Source: Armatimonadota bacterium
GTDB taxonomy: Bacteria; Vulcanimicrobiota; JACPDS01; JBDRKI01
Length of the DNA stretch: 64,000 nt
NCBI GenBank assembly: GCA_043814095.1
Contig: JBDRKI010000054.1
Coordinates: 1-64,000, forward strand
Direction of reading: 5' to 3'
Shown: positions 37,812 to 47,779 of the stretch, piece by piece
How positions within the stretch are numbered: position 1 is the stretch's first letter
Layout of the letters: each line of letters starts with the position of its first letter
Translations under genes and position numbers: made by a program
Notes under the pieces: generated by a model
Database searches by the model: none
Told to the model about the DNA's origin: nothing
What the model saw: only the letters and a program-made list of their open reading frames with translations

Positions 37812-38324
37812 CTATCCCTCCTTATTGATATAGGTTGGCGCCGTTTTCGGGGAAGTTCCCCTTTTCACTTCATGGTAATAAGCATAAGTCATGGGTTCTT
37901 CGCTGTTTAATATTTCGCCTTCTGCTACTTCTGCTAAAAATACGGTATGAGAACCCGCGTCAAAACTGTTTACAACCTTTGCTTCTATATATCCTATTAC
38001 ATTGTCTAAAACTATCGGGGAACCCGTACTCCCTATTTTATAATTTACATCTTTGAATTTATCGGTATCTCTTCCTGACTTGAACCCGAACTGCCCTATT
38101 AATTTTAAGGGGGCTTCTTTTGAAAGAACAGACACGGAGAAAACTTTGCTTTCTTTTATATACTCATGAGTTAAATTCTGTTTGTTTATGCTTGCGGCTA
38201 TAGCCTGCGGCTCTGAGGTTATCTGCATAACAGCGTTCGCCGTCTGAGCATTTATTTTACCGTCACTTACAGAACCCACAATATACATGCCGTAGCTTAT
38301 CTTATGCAGAACGCTGGAATCCAT
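37812..38324 (-). CDS. Flavin reductase-like (flavoredoxin) protein
   Basis: ISYGMYIV, FGFKSGRDTDKF, GSHTVF, PMTYAYYH; start at MDSS. Confidence 0.9.
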   Translation of the reverse strand: MDSSVLHKISYGMYIVGSVSDGKINAQTANAVMQITSEPQAIAASINKQNLTHEYIKESKVFSVSVLSKEAPLKLIGQFGFKSGRDTDKFKDVNYKIGSTGSPIVLDNVIGYIEAKVVNSFDAGSHTVFLAEVAEGEILNSEEPMTYAYYHEVKRGTSPKTAPTYINKEG

Positions 38325-38328
38325 AAAT

Positions 38329-39879
38329 TTACTCCTTACTCTTAGCTCGGCGCGGGCAAGGTTTGTCCCCGTCCCCGCACGGATGCCCGCATTCGGTAAA
38401 GGTGCTTTCCTCTGACTTATCTGTTTTAATTTCCTTATTTTTATCAAGATAGTTCCTTATCGCATTATGCAGGGCGTCAGTGCCCAGGTTGGAGCAGTGC
38501 ATCTTCTGCGGGGGAAGCCCTCCCAGGGCTTTCGCTATTTCATCTTTTGTTATCTTAAGAGCTTCTTCTATTGTTTTTCCTATTGCCATCTCCGAAACTA
38601 TTGAAGAGACGGCAATAGCGGCGCCGCAATTATGCACCGCAAATCCTTTCACAAGATATGTATTTGGTTCAAAAGCAACCTGAAAATTATATACTTTCCC
38701 AAAGTAGGATTTTGTATCAATTTTTTTAACAGGAACTAAAAAATAACTATCCTTTGAATGAACAAACCTATGCTTCCTGTCTAATTTAAATGATATTAAA
38801 AATTGGTGCGAATCGGATAATTTTCTTCCTTCTATAACACAGTTCTTCTTCCAAATTTCCCTTATTGAAGCAAAAATTTTTCCCCTCGCAAGAATTTGCT
38901 GCATCTGCATCGCTAAAATTTCGGATGTAGTAGTAACTCTATAAGTCTCGCTGTCCGTGCCCCTTCTTTTATATTTATCTCCGTCTCCAAGCAAATAAGT
39001 TTTAAACATTTCCCATTGTTTTGCAAACGGCAAATAAAGAACATCTCGCGATAATTTTTTGGCTTTGGCATATTTTCCGCAATGTTCAATTAAAAAATCT
39101 GCCAATTTTCTGCTACATACATAGACTTCAGAAACATTGTTTCGTATGCGTTCTTGGGCTTTCTTTTTTGTACAATAAAATATTAGATTCTTTGTTTCAT
39201 TTATCAATTTTTTTTCTGTTTTATTAAACGAAAAACATACTACACTATTATTTGCACTCATATATCCTTCTGACAAATAATAACCCAAAAGCCGCATTAG
39301 TTTTAAATCAAAAGATTTAATATCTTTAGTTTGGATATTATAGCCATAAATCAAATAATCTCCTTTTTCTACATCCTTTGCCGGAATAAAATCAGGTTTT
39401 TGCAATAATAGATTCTTATGTTTTACTCTTAACCATTTACATTTTTTACTGGAATAACGAGCCCCCTTCACCCATTCTCTTTTAATGCACAATACGGGAT
39501 GATTTGCAGTTAGAGAAAATGCGTTATAAGGTGAAACAAAAGGCAACATTCTAAGTAACTTGCCTTTAAATTTGCTTTCATAAGTTTCCGCAACAAATGT
39601 AGTTTTTCCCAAAGAATTGATAACTTTGTCGCCCTTTTCTATCTTATTTATCTGCTGCAAGCCGACTGGATTTGTTATCACCTTTTCCGATGCCGGAAGA
39701 CATCCGAAGGTTTTAAATTTCACGTCATCAAGCTTACCGTCTTTTACTTTTATGTAAAATGTCATTATATCCCCGCACTGGGGATTCCCTACTTCACCCA
39801 CGCCGTCCGCGCCGGGTATTTCCCCCACATTTCTGGGGTTCTGGAAATGATCCATAACTTTATCCGAATAAAAAGACAT
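38329..39879 (-). CDS. iscU: Fe-S scaffold IscU/NifU-N interrupted by an intein
   Basis: HFQNPRNVG, NPQCGD, KFKTFG|intein|CGAAIA, LPPQKMHCSNL. Confidence 0.93.
   Translation of the reverse strand: MSFYSDKVMDHFQNPRNVGEIPGADGVGEVGNPQCGDIMTFYIKVKDGKLDDVKFKTFGCLPASEKVITNPVGLQQINKIEKGDKVINSLGKTTFVAETYESKFKGKLLRMLPFVSPYNAFSLTANHPVLCIKREWVKGARYSSKKCKWLRVKHKNLLLQKPDFIPAKDVEKGDYLIYGYNIQTKDIKSFDLKLMRLLGYYLSEGYMSANNSVVCFSFNKTEKKLINETKNLIFYCTKKKAQERIRNNVSEVYVCSRKLADFLIEHCGKYAKAKKLSRDVLYLPFAKQWEMFKTYLLGDGDKYKRRGTDSETYRVTTTSEILAMQMQQILARGKIFASIREIWKKNCVIEGRKLSDSHQFLISFKLDRKHRFVHSKDSYFLVPVKKIDTKSYFGKVYNFQVAFEPNTYLVKGFAVHNCGAAIAVSSIVSEMAIGKTIEEALKITKDEIAKALGGLPPQKMHCSNLGTDALHNAIRNYLDKNKEIKTDKSEESTFTECGHPCGDGDKPCPRRAKSKE
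38629..39702 (-). mobile_element. Intein (358 aa) with LAGLIDADG homing endonuclease
   Basis: Starts CLPASE, block B LTANHPVL, LLGYYLSEG and YLLGDG motifs, block F VYNFQV, ends VHN before Cys+1. Confidence 0.95.
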
Positions 39880-39882
39880 ATA

Positions 39883-41307
39883 TTAAATCTCCTTCTCGCC
39901 TATCGCTTTTTCTTCCTTATTCAGGAAAATCATCTTTACCGGCTTGCCTTTATCGTCATAAACGTATTTTATTATTGCCGCGCCCGACGACCTTAACTCT
40001 TTAAGTTTTCTGTCAGAACCGAAAAACCTTGCTTCGGTTATATCGCCTTTATCGTCATAAACGCATGTCATAACGGCAAAACCCAGATCGGGTCTTTCCT
40101 TAAGCGCCTCGTCGGCGCCGAAAAATTCCACCTGCGTTATGTTCCCGTTTTTATCGTATTCCCACTTCTGCCGGGCGACCCCGCAGAGAGCGTCTTCTTT
40201 TAATTTATCATCAGAGCCGAAATACCTTTCTTCTATTTTATTCCCGGCTTTATCGTACTTTGACCTTATAACGGCGTAGCCGGTATTTTTGTTTTCCTTC
40301 AGCTTTTTATCAACTCCCAAAAATTTCTTTTCTATCTCATTGCCGTCTTTATCGTACAGGGTAGCAACCACCGCGGCGCCGGTAACCTCGTCTTCTTTTA
40401 AGCCGCCTTTTTCATCAAGAGCCGAAACTTCCGTAAGATTGCCGAACTGGTCATATTTGCAAACCATGCCGGCGGAACCGTGAATCTTATCAAGCTTGGG
40501 CTTCCCGTCAGCGCCGAAATATTTAACTTCCACGACATTGCCGTTAGCATCGTATTTAACCCGCATTACTGCAACCCCGTAAACGGTATCTTCTTTTGGT
40601 TTGTTATTTTCGTCATAATAACTTGTTTCAATTTTATTACCGTATTTATCATATTTATAGGACTGTCTGGCAATGCCGATCTGGATATTTTCTTTTAATT
40701 TTTTATCCATGCCCAGATATCTTACTTCTTTTATGTTGCCGTCATTATCATAATTATATTCAAGCTCATATAAGCCGTTCTTGTCTATTATCCTGTTCCC
40801 GGAGGGGTCCATCCTTACGGATTTTATCCTGCGCCCGTCTTTATCGGTTATATAAAAATACTGGGCAACACCGTACCTGTCTTTTATTATTCCGCCGTTT
40901 TTGTCATGATTGGCTACAAGAAGCTTATGCTTGACAGGATCCCTTTTTATGGTAAGAAAATACACGCCGTCGGAATTATAAACCGGACTGTCGCTTGAAT
41001 CCAGATATATCCACTTCTCTTCTGCGGGAGAATATTCTATCTTTATACAGGCAGCTCCGAATTTCAGATCCGGCCTCGGCTTGCCGTTGTGAAAATAGTT
41101 AATTTTTACGGGTTTTCCTTCTTCATTAAATGCAATTTCATAACATCCTGTTTTGGAGGCCGTATTTTCATCAACCTCATATTTTCCTTTAAGTTCATAC
41201 TTATCATCTATATACAACTGCCGGTAATGCCCCGAAGAGGCGTAAGCCGTACTTATAAAACACAAAAAAACCGTTATAATTAATACCGTAAAAAGTATTT
41301 TTTTCAT
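39883..41307 (-). CDS. Secreted protein with ~33-aa YD-like tandem repeats
   Basis: Signal peptide ending AYA; repeats YDK.GN..E..Y/FFG.D.KLKE....G.A. Confidence 0.8.
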   Translation of the reverse strand: MKKILFTVLIITVFLCFISTAYASSGHYRQLYIDDKYELKGKYEVDENTASKTGCYEIAFNEEGKPVKINYFHNGKPRPDLKFGAACIKIEYSPAEEKWIYLDSSDSPVYNSDGVYFLTIKRDPVKHKLLVANHDKNGGIIKDRYGVAQYFYITDKDGRRIKSVRMDPSGNRIIDKNGLYELEYNYDNDGNIKEVRYLGMDKKLKENIQIGIARQSYKYDKYGNKIETSYYDENNKPKEDTVYGVAVMRVKYDANGNVVEVKYFGADGKPKLDKIHGSAGMVCKYDQFGNLTEVSALDEKGGLKEDEVTGAAVVATLYDKDGNEIEKKFLGVDKKLKENKNTGYAVIRSKYDKAGNKIEERYFGSDDKLKEDALCGVARQKWEYDKNGNITQVEFFGADEALKERPDLGFAVMTCVYDDKGDITEARFFGSDRKLKELRSSGAAIIKYVYDDKGKPVKMIFLNKEEKAIGEKEI

Positions 41308-41331
41308 AAAATCCTCGCTTCGCGGATTTTG

Positions 41332-41568
41332 CTATATCCCGAGCTCATGGGATATAGCTTCTTTATTAAAGCCCACGATCAATTTACCGTCTACATCTAT
41401 AACGGGCACAGCGCGCTGGTTTGATTTTTCAATCATCTCCCTGGCGGCTTCCCGATCCGAAGAAACATCTTTATTTTCAAAATCAATATTGTTCCGGCTT
41501 AAAAATTCCTTGGCCATTATACAGTAAGGGCATGTAGGGGTCGTATAAATCTTAACTTTTTTAGACAT
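41332..41568 (-). CDS. Glutaredoxin-like protein (NrdH/YruB type)
   Basis: CPYC, VPVI. Confidence 0.92.
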   Translation of the reverse strand: MSKKVKIYTTPTCPYCIMAKEFLSRNNIDFENKDVSSDREAAREMIEKSNQRAVPVIDVDGKLIVGFNKEAISHELGI

Positions 41569-41590
41569 ATTTACACCTCTGCCTTTATTT

Positions 41591-42004
41591 TTATATCTGG
41601 ACCTCGCTCATCCATCTGCCGTGAACATTGCAGAACTCAATAACCGTAAATTTTCCGCTTTCAACCTTAAGATGGATTGAAAGCTCCGGATTTAAAGCAG
41701 CACCCGGTGCCATATGGTATCTTGCCATGAATTTATAATCATGGTAGATATCTATATATACTATATAGTGCTTTTCTTCCATAACATGTATAATTTCGCC
41801 TATTTTTATCTGAGCATCAGTCTTAAAGTCTATAACCGGTATATGCTTCTTATCTCCTTCGGTTAAATTATCCGGATCTGCGGGTTTTTTAAAAGCATCC
41901 GGGGTCAGAACAAAACTTTCCTTTCTCGCCCCGCATACCGGACACTTTTCGGGCACTTCACCAAAAACGGCATGACCGCATACCTTGCATACAAAAATAT
42001 CCAT
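41591..42004 (-). CDS. Superoxide reductase/desulfoferrodoxin-like protein with N-terminal rubredoxin-like domain
   Basis: CKVCG..CPVCG; KKHIP, HVMEEKHYI, CNVHG. Confidence 0.85.
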   Translation of the reverse strand: MDIFVCKVCGHAVFGEVPEKCPVCGARKESFVLTPDAFKKPADPDNLTEGDKKHIPVIDFKTDAQIKIGEIIHVMEEKHYIVYIDIYHDYKFMARYHMAPGAALNPELSIHLKVESGKFTVIEFCNVHGRWMSEVQI

Positions 42005-42016
42005 AACAATATCTCC

Positions 42017-42199
42017 TTAGATTATTATCGCAACAACCGGGCATTCCTCTGCTGCCTGCCTGCAGCAATCTTCAAGCTCCTTAGGAACCGCATCTAAGCG
42101 GACCACCGCCCTGTTGCCCTCTATCTCAAACATTTCGGGACATATAGAGACACATGTCCTGCATCCCACACATTTTATCCAGTCAACCTTTGCGCGCAT
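42017..42199 (-). CDS. Single-cluster ferredoxin
   Basis: CVGCRTCVSICP...CPV.AI. Confidence 0.9.
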   Translation of the reverse strand: MRAKVDWIKCVGCRTCVSICPEMFEIEGNRAVVRLDAVPKELEDCCRQAAEECPVVAIII

Positions 42200-42214
42200 A
42201 AAAGTGTCTCCTTC

Positions 42215-42373
42215 CTACATCTTTTCAAACATGTCTTTGCCGACCCCGCACACGGGATAAACCCAGTCATCGGGGAGACTCTCAAAAGCCGTGCCCGGAC
42301 TAACTCCGTTATCAGGATCCCCTATCTCAGGGTCATACACATACTGGCATACCGTACATAAATATTTGTCCAT
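42215..42373 (-). CDS. Rubredoxin (52 aa; not in ORF track) with Cys39->Tyr
   Basis: Manual translation [60 protein letters not shown]. Confidence 0.9.
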   Translation of the reverse strand: MDKYLCTVCQYVYDPEIGDPDNGVSPGTAFESLPDDWVYPVCGVGKDMFEKM

Positions 42374-42393
42374 TTTCCCTCCTGGTATATTTT

Positions 42394-43608
42394 TTATCGT
42401 TTTTGCATTTCGTAAGTTTTATTTTTTACATTCTCCGCGAAATTCTTCCCGAATTCATAACATTTTTCAAGTTCGTTCCGGTCCGGAACATACTGCAGGC
42501 CTAATGAGGGCTGTATAATCTCTATTCCGGCAATTTTTAAAAATTCTTCTATTTGCTTCACCGCTCCCCCTGCCCATCCGTAAGAACCGAATGATGCTCC
42601 TATTCTATTTTTTGGCTTAAAGCCCTTTACAAGCTCCAAAAATCCCGCAAGATTAGGGAGCATGTTGTTATCATGGGTTGACGAACCGGCAATATACCCT
42701 CGACTTAAAAGCATATCCTTTATTACTTCCGTCCTGTCGGAAACATTTATATCGTAAAGCTTTACGCTTACCCCCGCGGCGGTTATGCCTTCTACTATTT
42801 TATCGGCCATCTTCTTTGTGGCGCCCCACATTGTTTCATAAATAACCACGATATTTTCCCGGGGGTTGTTTTCAGCCCATCCGGCATACGCGTTTATTAT
42901 CTTTAACGGATCTGCTCTCCATATAATGCCATGGCTCGGGGCAATCATCTTTATAGGGATGTTTAATTTCTTAATCTCCTCTATTTTCCTTAAAACAAGA
43001 CCGCTGAAAGGCCATAAAATATTAGCGTAATACTTTACCGCTTCCTCCATTAATGCGCCCTGGTCAACCTCATTATCAAATCTTCCGGATGAAGCATAAT
43101 GCTGGCCGAACGCGTCATTGGGAAAGAGTATCTGGTCTTCGGCAATGTATGTAAACATGCTGTCAGGCCAGTGAAGCATTGGGGCTTCAATAAAGGTAAG
43201 GTTTCTTTTTCCTAAATTTAACTTATCTGCGGATTTTACGATATTAAAATCCCAGTCTTTAAAATAATGTTTATACAGGCCTTCTTTGCATTTCGCCGTG
43301 CAGAAAATTTTCGCGCCGGGACAGTGCTCCATAATATGGGGGAGCGCTCCCGAGTGATCGTCTTCAACATGGTTCGCGACAACATAATCTATTTTTGAAG
43401 GGTCAACCACCTGCCTTATACTATCAATGAGCTTTTCTTTAAAACCCGCGTGCACGCCGTCTATCAATGTAATTTTTTCATCCATAATTAAATATGAATT
43501 ATATGTAGTGCCCCTTCTTGTAGTATAGGTATGTCCGTGAAAGTTCCTTATATTCCAGTCAACAGCCCCTACCCAGTAAACATTTTCCGCTATTTTTACA
43601 GCTGACAT
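42394..43608 (-). CDS. fprA: Flavodiiron protein (FprA family)
   Basis: GTTYNSY, NHVEDDH, HWPDSM, DAFGQH, GSYGW flavodoxin domain. Confidence 0.95.
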   Translation of the reverse strand: MSAVKIAENVYWVGAVDWNIRNFHGHTYTTRRGTTYNSYLIMDEKITLIDGVHAGFKEKLIDSIRQVVDPSKIDYVVANHVEDDHSGALPHIMEHCPGAKIFCTAKCKEGLYKHYFKDWDFNIVKSADKLNLGKRNLTFIEAPMLHWPDSMFTYIAEDQILFPNDAFGQHYASSGRFDNEVDQGALMEEAVKYYANILWPFSGLVLRKIEEIKKLNIPIKMIAPSHGIIWRADPLKIINAYAGWAENNPRENIVVIYETMWGATKKMADKIVEGITAAGVSVKLYDINVSDRTEVIKDMLLSRGYIAGSSTHDNNMLPNLAGFLELVKGFKPKNRIGASFGSYGWAGGAVKQIEEFLKIAGIEIIQPSLGLQYVPDRNELEKCYEFGKNFAENVKNKTYEMQKR

Positions 43609-43638
43609 TTTTATTTTCTCCTTTTTTGATTTACATAT

Positions 43639-44037
43639 TTATAAACATTTTTTGCATATGCCTTTGAAGTAGCCGTGAATCTCTTCTATTTTATTTCCTT
43701 CTATCGCCTTCTTCTTAATATGGGGACACGGTATATCTATATCTATTATCTTTCCGCACTTTTTACATAAAAAATGATGGTGGGTTAATGTATCAGGATC
43801 GTACCTTGCCTCATCGGCGGTTATAGTCAATTCATTTATAATATTATTTTCAGCAAATGTATTAAGAGTATTGTAGATAGTGGTTTTTGAAATACCCGGT
43901 ATCTGTTTTAATATATCATTATATATTCTGTCTGCCGTAGGGTGATCTTTTCTTCCCGTAATGTTCTTAAGGATAATACACCTCTGGTAGGAATAACTTA
44001 TCCCTTTTGATTCCATAAGCTCTTTTAGGTCTTTCAC
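43639..44037 (-). CDS. Fur/PerR family transcriptional regulator
   Basis: HPTAD, TIYNTL, HHHFLC..C, C..C; heads the oxidative-stress operon. Confidence 0.92.
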   Translation of the reverse strand: MKDLKELMESKGISYSYQRCIILKNITGRKDHPTADRIYNDILKQIPGISKTTIYNTLNTFAENNIINELTITADEARYDPDTLTHHHFLCKKCGKIIDIDIPCPHIKKKAIEGNKIEEIHGYFKGICKKCL

Positions 44038-44053
44038 GGGGCACCCTCTCTGT

Positions 44054-44117
44054 TTGCAATGATTGCAATATTGTAACGATTACAAATTTATTATACCTAC
44101 ACATCTAGTTTTGTCAA
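44054..44117 (-). promoter_or_regulatory. Sigma70 promoter with two tandem palindromic operators (putative PerR boxes)
   Basis: TTGACA (44112-44117) - 16 bp - TATAAT (44090-44095) on minus strand; TTGCAA-TGA-TTGCAA 44054-44068 and TTGTAA-CGA-TTACAA 44071-44085. Confidence 0.8.
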
Positions 44118-44125
44118 GTTTAGAC

Positions 44126-46816
44126 TTAAAAAGTATCGTCCGAGAATTTTTTAAATCTTACCGGCTTTAAAATCTGCCCGGCAACAAGAGGAATTAAGCT
44201 CATCCCCAGAATAAGCATCCATCCTTTAAGTCCGGGACCTGTAAGTTTTAAAACCCGGCTCAATACGGGCACATAAACCGCGCAGAGCAGAAGCCCGATA
44301 CATAAAACTATTGAACCCCAGACATAAATATTTTTAGTAACGGAATTAACGAAAAAGTTTGAATCGTTATCGCGCATGTTAAAAACATGCCATAACTGGC
44401 TCATCGCCAGAACCATAAAAGAAACGGTTACGGCACCGCGCTCATGCATACCTAAAAAATTCATCGCGATAAATAAAGCGCCGAGCACCGAAACCGTTAT
44501 TAAAAAACCGTATAAAGCCACACCCAACCAGTGTTTTTTTGTTAAAATCTGTTCGGTACTCTTGCGCGGCTTCTGATATTTTATATCAGGATCGCCCTCT
44601 CCTGCCCCCAGGGCAAGAGCGGGAAACACATCGGTCACAAGATTTAGAAACAGTATCTGAAGGGGCAGTATGGGCAGGGGGAGCGTTAAAACAGAAGCCA
44701 GAAAAACCGTCATAACCTCGCTTACATTGCATGATATAAGGTAGAAGACAAATTTACGGATATTATTAAAGATAATGCGCCCCTGTTCAATGGCCGCGAC
44801 AATGGTAGAGAAAGAATCATCTTTTAAAATCATATCCGAAGCTTCCTGGGCAACCTGCGTGCCCCGCTGGCCCATCGCGATGCCTATATCGGCTTTTTTA
44901 AGCGCCGGGGCATCATTCACTCCGTCCCCTGTCATCGCCACAACAGACCCGTTTTTCTGGTGGATTTCTATAAGATCAAGCTTCTGTTTCGGTGTAACCC
45001 TTGCAAAAATCTTTGTCTCGATGATTTTTTCCCGGTCGCTCTGAGTCATCTCTTCGGGGGATATAAATTCCCTGCTTTCAACGACCTGCCTGCTTTCATC
45101 TTCAATAATCCCCAGAACCAGCGCGATATTTTTCGCGGTCTTAGACTGATCTCCCGTTACCATAACAACTTCTATGCCGGAGCGTTTACACTGCTCTATC
45201 GCGCCTTTAACATCACTGCGCGGAGGGTCAAGAAGCCCCGCAAAACCGACAAATACCAGATCTTCATACGGATTAACATCTTTATTTCCGGTAACTTTAT
45301 ACGCGAAAGCAAGAATTCTTAACCCCTGCTCCGCCATTGTGTCATTGCCCTTTATAAAATTTGCTTTATCCTCACCGGTTATTTCCGCAACCCCTTTATC
45401 GGTTAAAACCGAGCTGCACGCATTAAGTATGGACTCAGGCGCTCCTTTAACCGCGACATAATATCCGTCACTGTTTTTATGAAAAGTCGCCATCATCTTA
45501 ATATCCGAATCAAAAGGCTCTTCCATTGCTTCAGGCATATCCTTAATAAGTCCGGCTCTGTCCATACCGGCTTTTAAGCCCGCTATTATAAGGGAGACTT
45601 CCAGAGGATCGCCGACAGGCTTGCCTTTGTCAAATGACGCATTATTACATAAGACACCTATCTTTAAAATTTCTTTAAGCCCGTTATCATCCGCGGGCTG
45701 AACAAGTCTTCCGTCTTTTTTAAATTCTCCTGAAGACCCAAGAGCATCGCCCGATACCGATATATCCGATGAAGGCGTGATTATGTTTGTCACTGTCATC
45801 CTGTTCTCTGTGAGGGTACCGGTTTTGTCGGTACATATCACGCTTGTAGCGCCGAGGGTTTCAACGGCGGAAAGCCTGTTTATAATGGCATTGCGCCGTG
45901 CCATCCGCAAGACGCCTCTCGCGAGCGCGATTGTGGCCACTATCGGGAGGCCTTCCGGTATAGCCGCAACAGCAAGAGCTATTGCTGTTTCTATCATTAA
46001 AAAGAGTTTTTTGCCCGTGAGAATACCGGCAACTGCCACTATGAAAGCGATAATAAGAGTTACCCATATAAGCTTGCGCCCGAGCTGGTCAAGCCGCTTC
46101 TCTAAAGGAGTAACCTCTTCTTCCGCTTCTTCAACAAGCGCGGATATTTTTCCCAGCTCTGATTCCATACCGGTCGCCACAACAACACCTTGAGCGGAGC
46201 CCCTTGTTGCCGCAGTACCGCTGAAAAGCATATTTGTCCTGTCAACAACGGAAGAATCTTCTTTAACCGGGTTTACGCTCTTGCCCACAGGGAGAGATTC
46301 ACCTGTTAAGGTAGACTCGTCAATCTGCAGTTTAGATGCATGAACAAGCCTTATATCAGCGGTAATAATATCCCCGCCCTCAAGTATTACAATATCTCCC
46401 GGCACAAGCTCTTGGGCGGGAATTTCTTTTACCTGCCCTGACCTTCTTACCTTTGTATTAACAACGGTAAGCTTCCTTAACGCCTCCATTGACCGCACGC
46501 TTTTTAATTCGGTGAAAAATCCGATAAGTGTATTTATAATGATAACTGCTATAATAGCGGCACCCTCAAGCCAGTCCCCGAAAACAAATGCTACAACCGC
46601 GGCCGCCGCAAGAAGAGCTATGATTAAACTTTTAAACTGGCTTATAAATACTATCCACGCGCTTTTTCTTTTGGTTTCGCGTATGGCATTAGGACCGTAT
46701 TCCTGCAGTCTCTTCCCTGCTTCCTCTTCAGATAAACCCGTATCCACAGAAACATCCAGTTCCTTAACTATATCTTCCCACGGCCTGCTCCAGGGAGAGC
46801 CGGACAATTTAATCAT
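44126..46816 (-). CDS. P-type cation-transporting ATPase (type IIA, Ca2+-like)
   Basis: TGES, PEGL, DKTGTLT, TGDGVND. Confidence 0.95.
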   Translation of the reverse strand: MIKLSGSPWSRPWEDIVKELDVSVDTGLSEEEAGKRLQEYGPNAIRETKRKSAWIVFISQFKSLIIALLAAAAVVAFVFGDWLEGAAIIAVIIINTLIGFFTELKSVRSMEALRKLTVVNTKVRRSGQVKEIPAQELVPGDIVILEGGDIITADIRLVHASKLQIDESTLTGESLPVGKSVNPVKEDSSVVDRTNMLFSGTAATRGSAQGVVVATGMESELGKISALVEEAEEEVTPLEKRLDQLGRKLIWVTLIIAFIVAVAGILTGKKLFLMIETAIALAVAAIPEGLPIVATIALARGVLRMARRNAIINRLSAVETLGATSVICTDKTGTLTENRMTVTNIITPSSDISVSGDALGSSGEFKKDGRLVQPADDNGLKEILKIGVLCNNASFDKGKPVGDPLEVSLIIAGLKAGMDRAGLIKDMPEAMEEPFDSDIKMMATFHKNSDGYYVAVKGAPESILNACSSVLTDKGVAEITGEDKANFIKGNDTMAEQGLRILAFAYKVTGNKDVNPYEDLVFVGFAGLLDPPRSDVKGAIEQCKRSGIEVVMVTGDQSKTAKNIALVLGIIEDESRQVVESREFISPEEMTQSDREKIIETKIFARVTPKQKLDLIEIHQKNGSVVAMTGDGVNDAPALKKADIGIAMGQRGTQVAQEASDMILKDDSFSTIVAAIEQGRIIFNNIRKFVFYLISCNVSEVMTVFLASVLTLPLPILPLQILFLNLVTDVFPALALGAGEGDPDIKYQKPRKSTEQILTKKHWLGVALYGFLITVSVLGALFIAMNFLGMHERGAVTVSFMVLAMSQLWHVFNMRDNDSNFFVNSVTKNIYVWGSIVLCIGLLLCAVYVPVLSRVLKLTGPGLKGWMLILGMSLIPLVAGQILKPVRFKKFSDDTF

Positions 46817-46951
46817 AATACCGCCTCTTAAATATTTTATGTCATAATTTTATGTTTTATTTCATCATAAAACAATAAAAACCTTTCACAAAAGGAGAAC
46901 TGCGCAAAATATAGAACTTTAACGGTAAAAATTATAATAAGGAAGTTAAAA

Positions 46952-47659
46952 ATGTTTATTAAAAAAAATAAAATTGCCATTCTGGTTGTTTTTCTTTTGC
47001 TTGCCTGTAATTACGCAAACGCGGATCTTAGCTCAAATTTTACCCTGACACATATAAATATTGACAGTCCGACAAACGGAAATCTATTCAAATACAAAGA
47101 TCCTTTTCACGCCCACGCCTTCATACAGGGAACAGGCACAGGAACAATCCTGGGATACTGGTATATGGATGACATACCTCTTGATTATTTCTACTGCAAT
47201 ATGACAAACGGAAGGACTGTGCAGATTTCAACAAAAAACAACCTCTTTACATCTGACGGGGGGTCGCATAACCTTTATATTAAGATAATAAGCCCCGACA
47301 ACACGGTCTCAAACACCGTCTTTTATAATGTAACCGAAGCCTCTTCCAATACGGCGAAACTATTCGCACCTAAAATGGGAGCCGTATTTGCCGGAAAAGA
47401 TCCTCCCCCTTCATTTCAATGGACACCTGTCCCCAATATGCTTAAATACAAAATTGCGCTTGTTGAAAACACGGACCATTTTGACGAGATTAACTGGCAG
47501 GATGTACCCGCAAATTCATGGACACCTTCTAAAGAATACTGGGAAAAACTTTCCCCTGGAACATATTACTGGGCTGTTAAAAGCATCGGTACGGATAATC
47601 ATGAATATCCCTTAAGCAAAGTCTCTTATTTCAGGATAATTGACAGTAGTTCTTTATAA
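46952..47659 (+). CDS. Secreted Ig-like module protein (shortest paralog)
   Basis: Signal peptide; GYWYMDDIPLDYF and PGTYYWAVK motifs shared with the next two genes. Confidence 0.8.
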   Translation: MFIKKNKIAILVVFLLLACNYANADLSSNFTLTHINIDSPTNGNLFKYKDPFHAHAFIQGTGTGTILGYWYMDDIPLDYFYCNMTNGRTVQISTKNNLFTSDGGSHNLYIKIISPDNTVSNTVFYNVTEASSNTAKLFAPKMGAVFAGKDPPPSFQWTPVPNMLKYKIALVENTDHFDEINWQDVPANSWTPSKEYWEKLSPGTYYWAVKSIGTDNHEYPLSKVSYFRIIDSSSL

Positions 47660-47683
47660 AAGTTTTAATTTTAAAATTATTTT

Positions 47684-47723
47684 AAAAAATCCTTGAGATT
47701 TTCTACAATTTTCAAGGATTTTT
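47684..47723 (+). terminator. Terminator-like hairpin
   Basis: AAAAATCCTTGA...TCAAGGATTTTT. Confidence 0.6.
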
Positions 47724-47779
47724 TATTTTAACATAGAAAAGCAAAATTATTGTATTAATTTGCGAAAGGAAGTCTTATT

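Noticed and set aside
39883-41307. Rhs toxin
   Set aside because: No PxxxxDPxG core end, toxin tip or immunity gene; short and carries a Sec signal.
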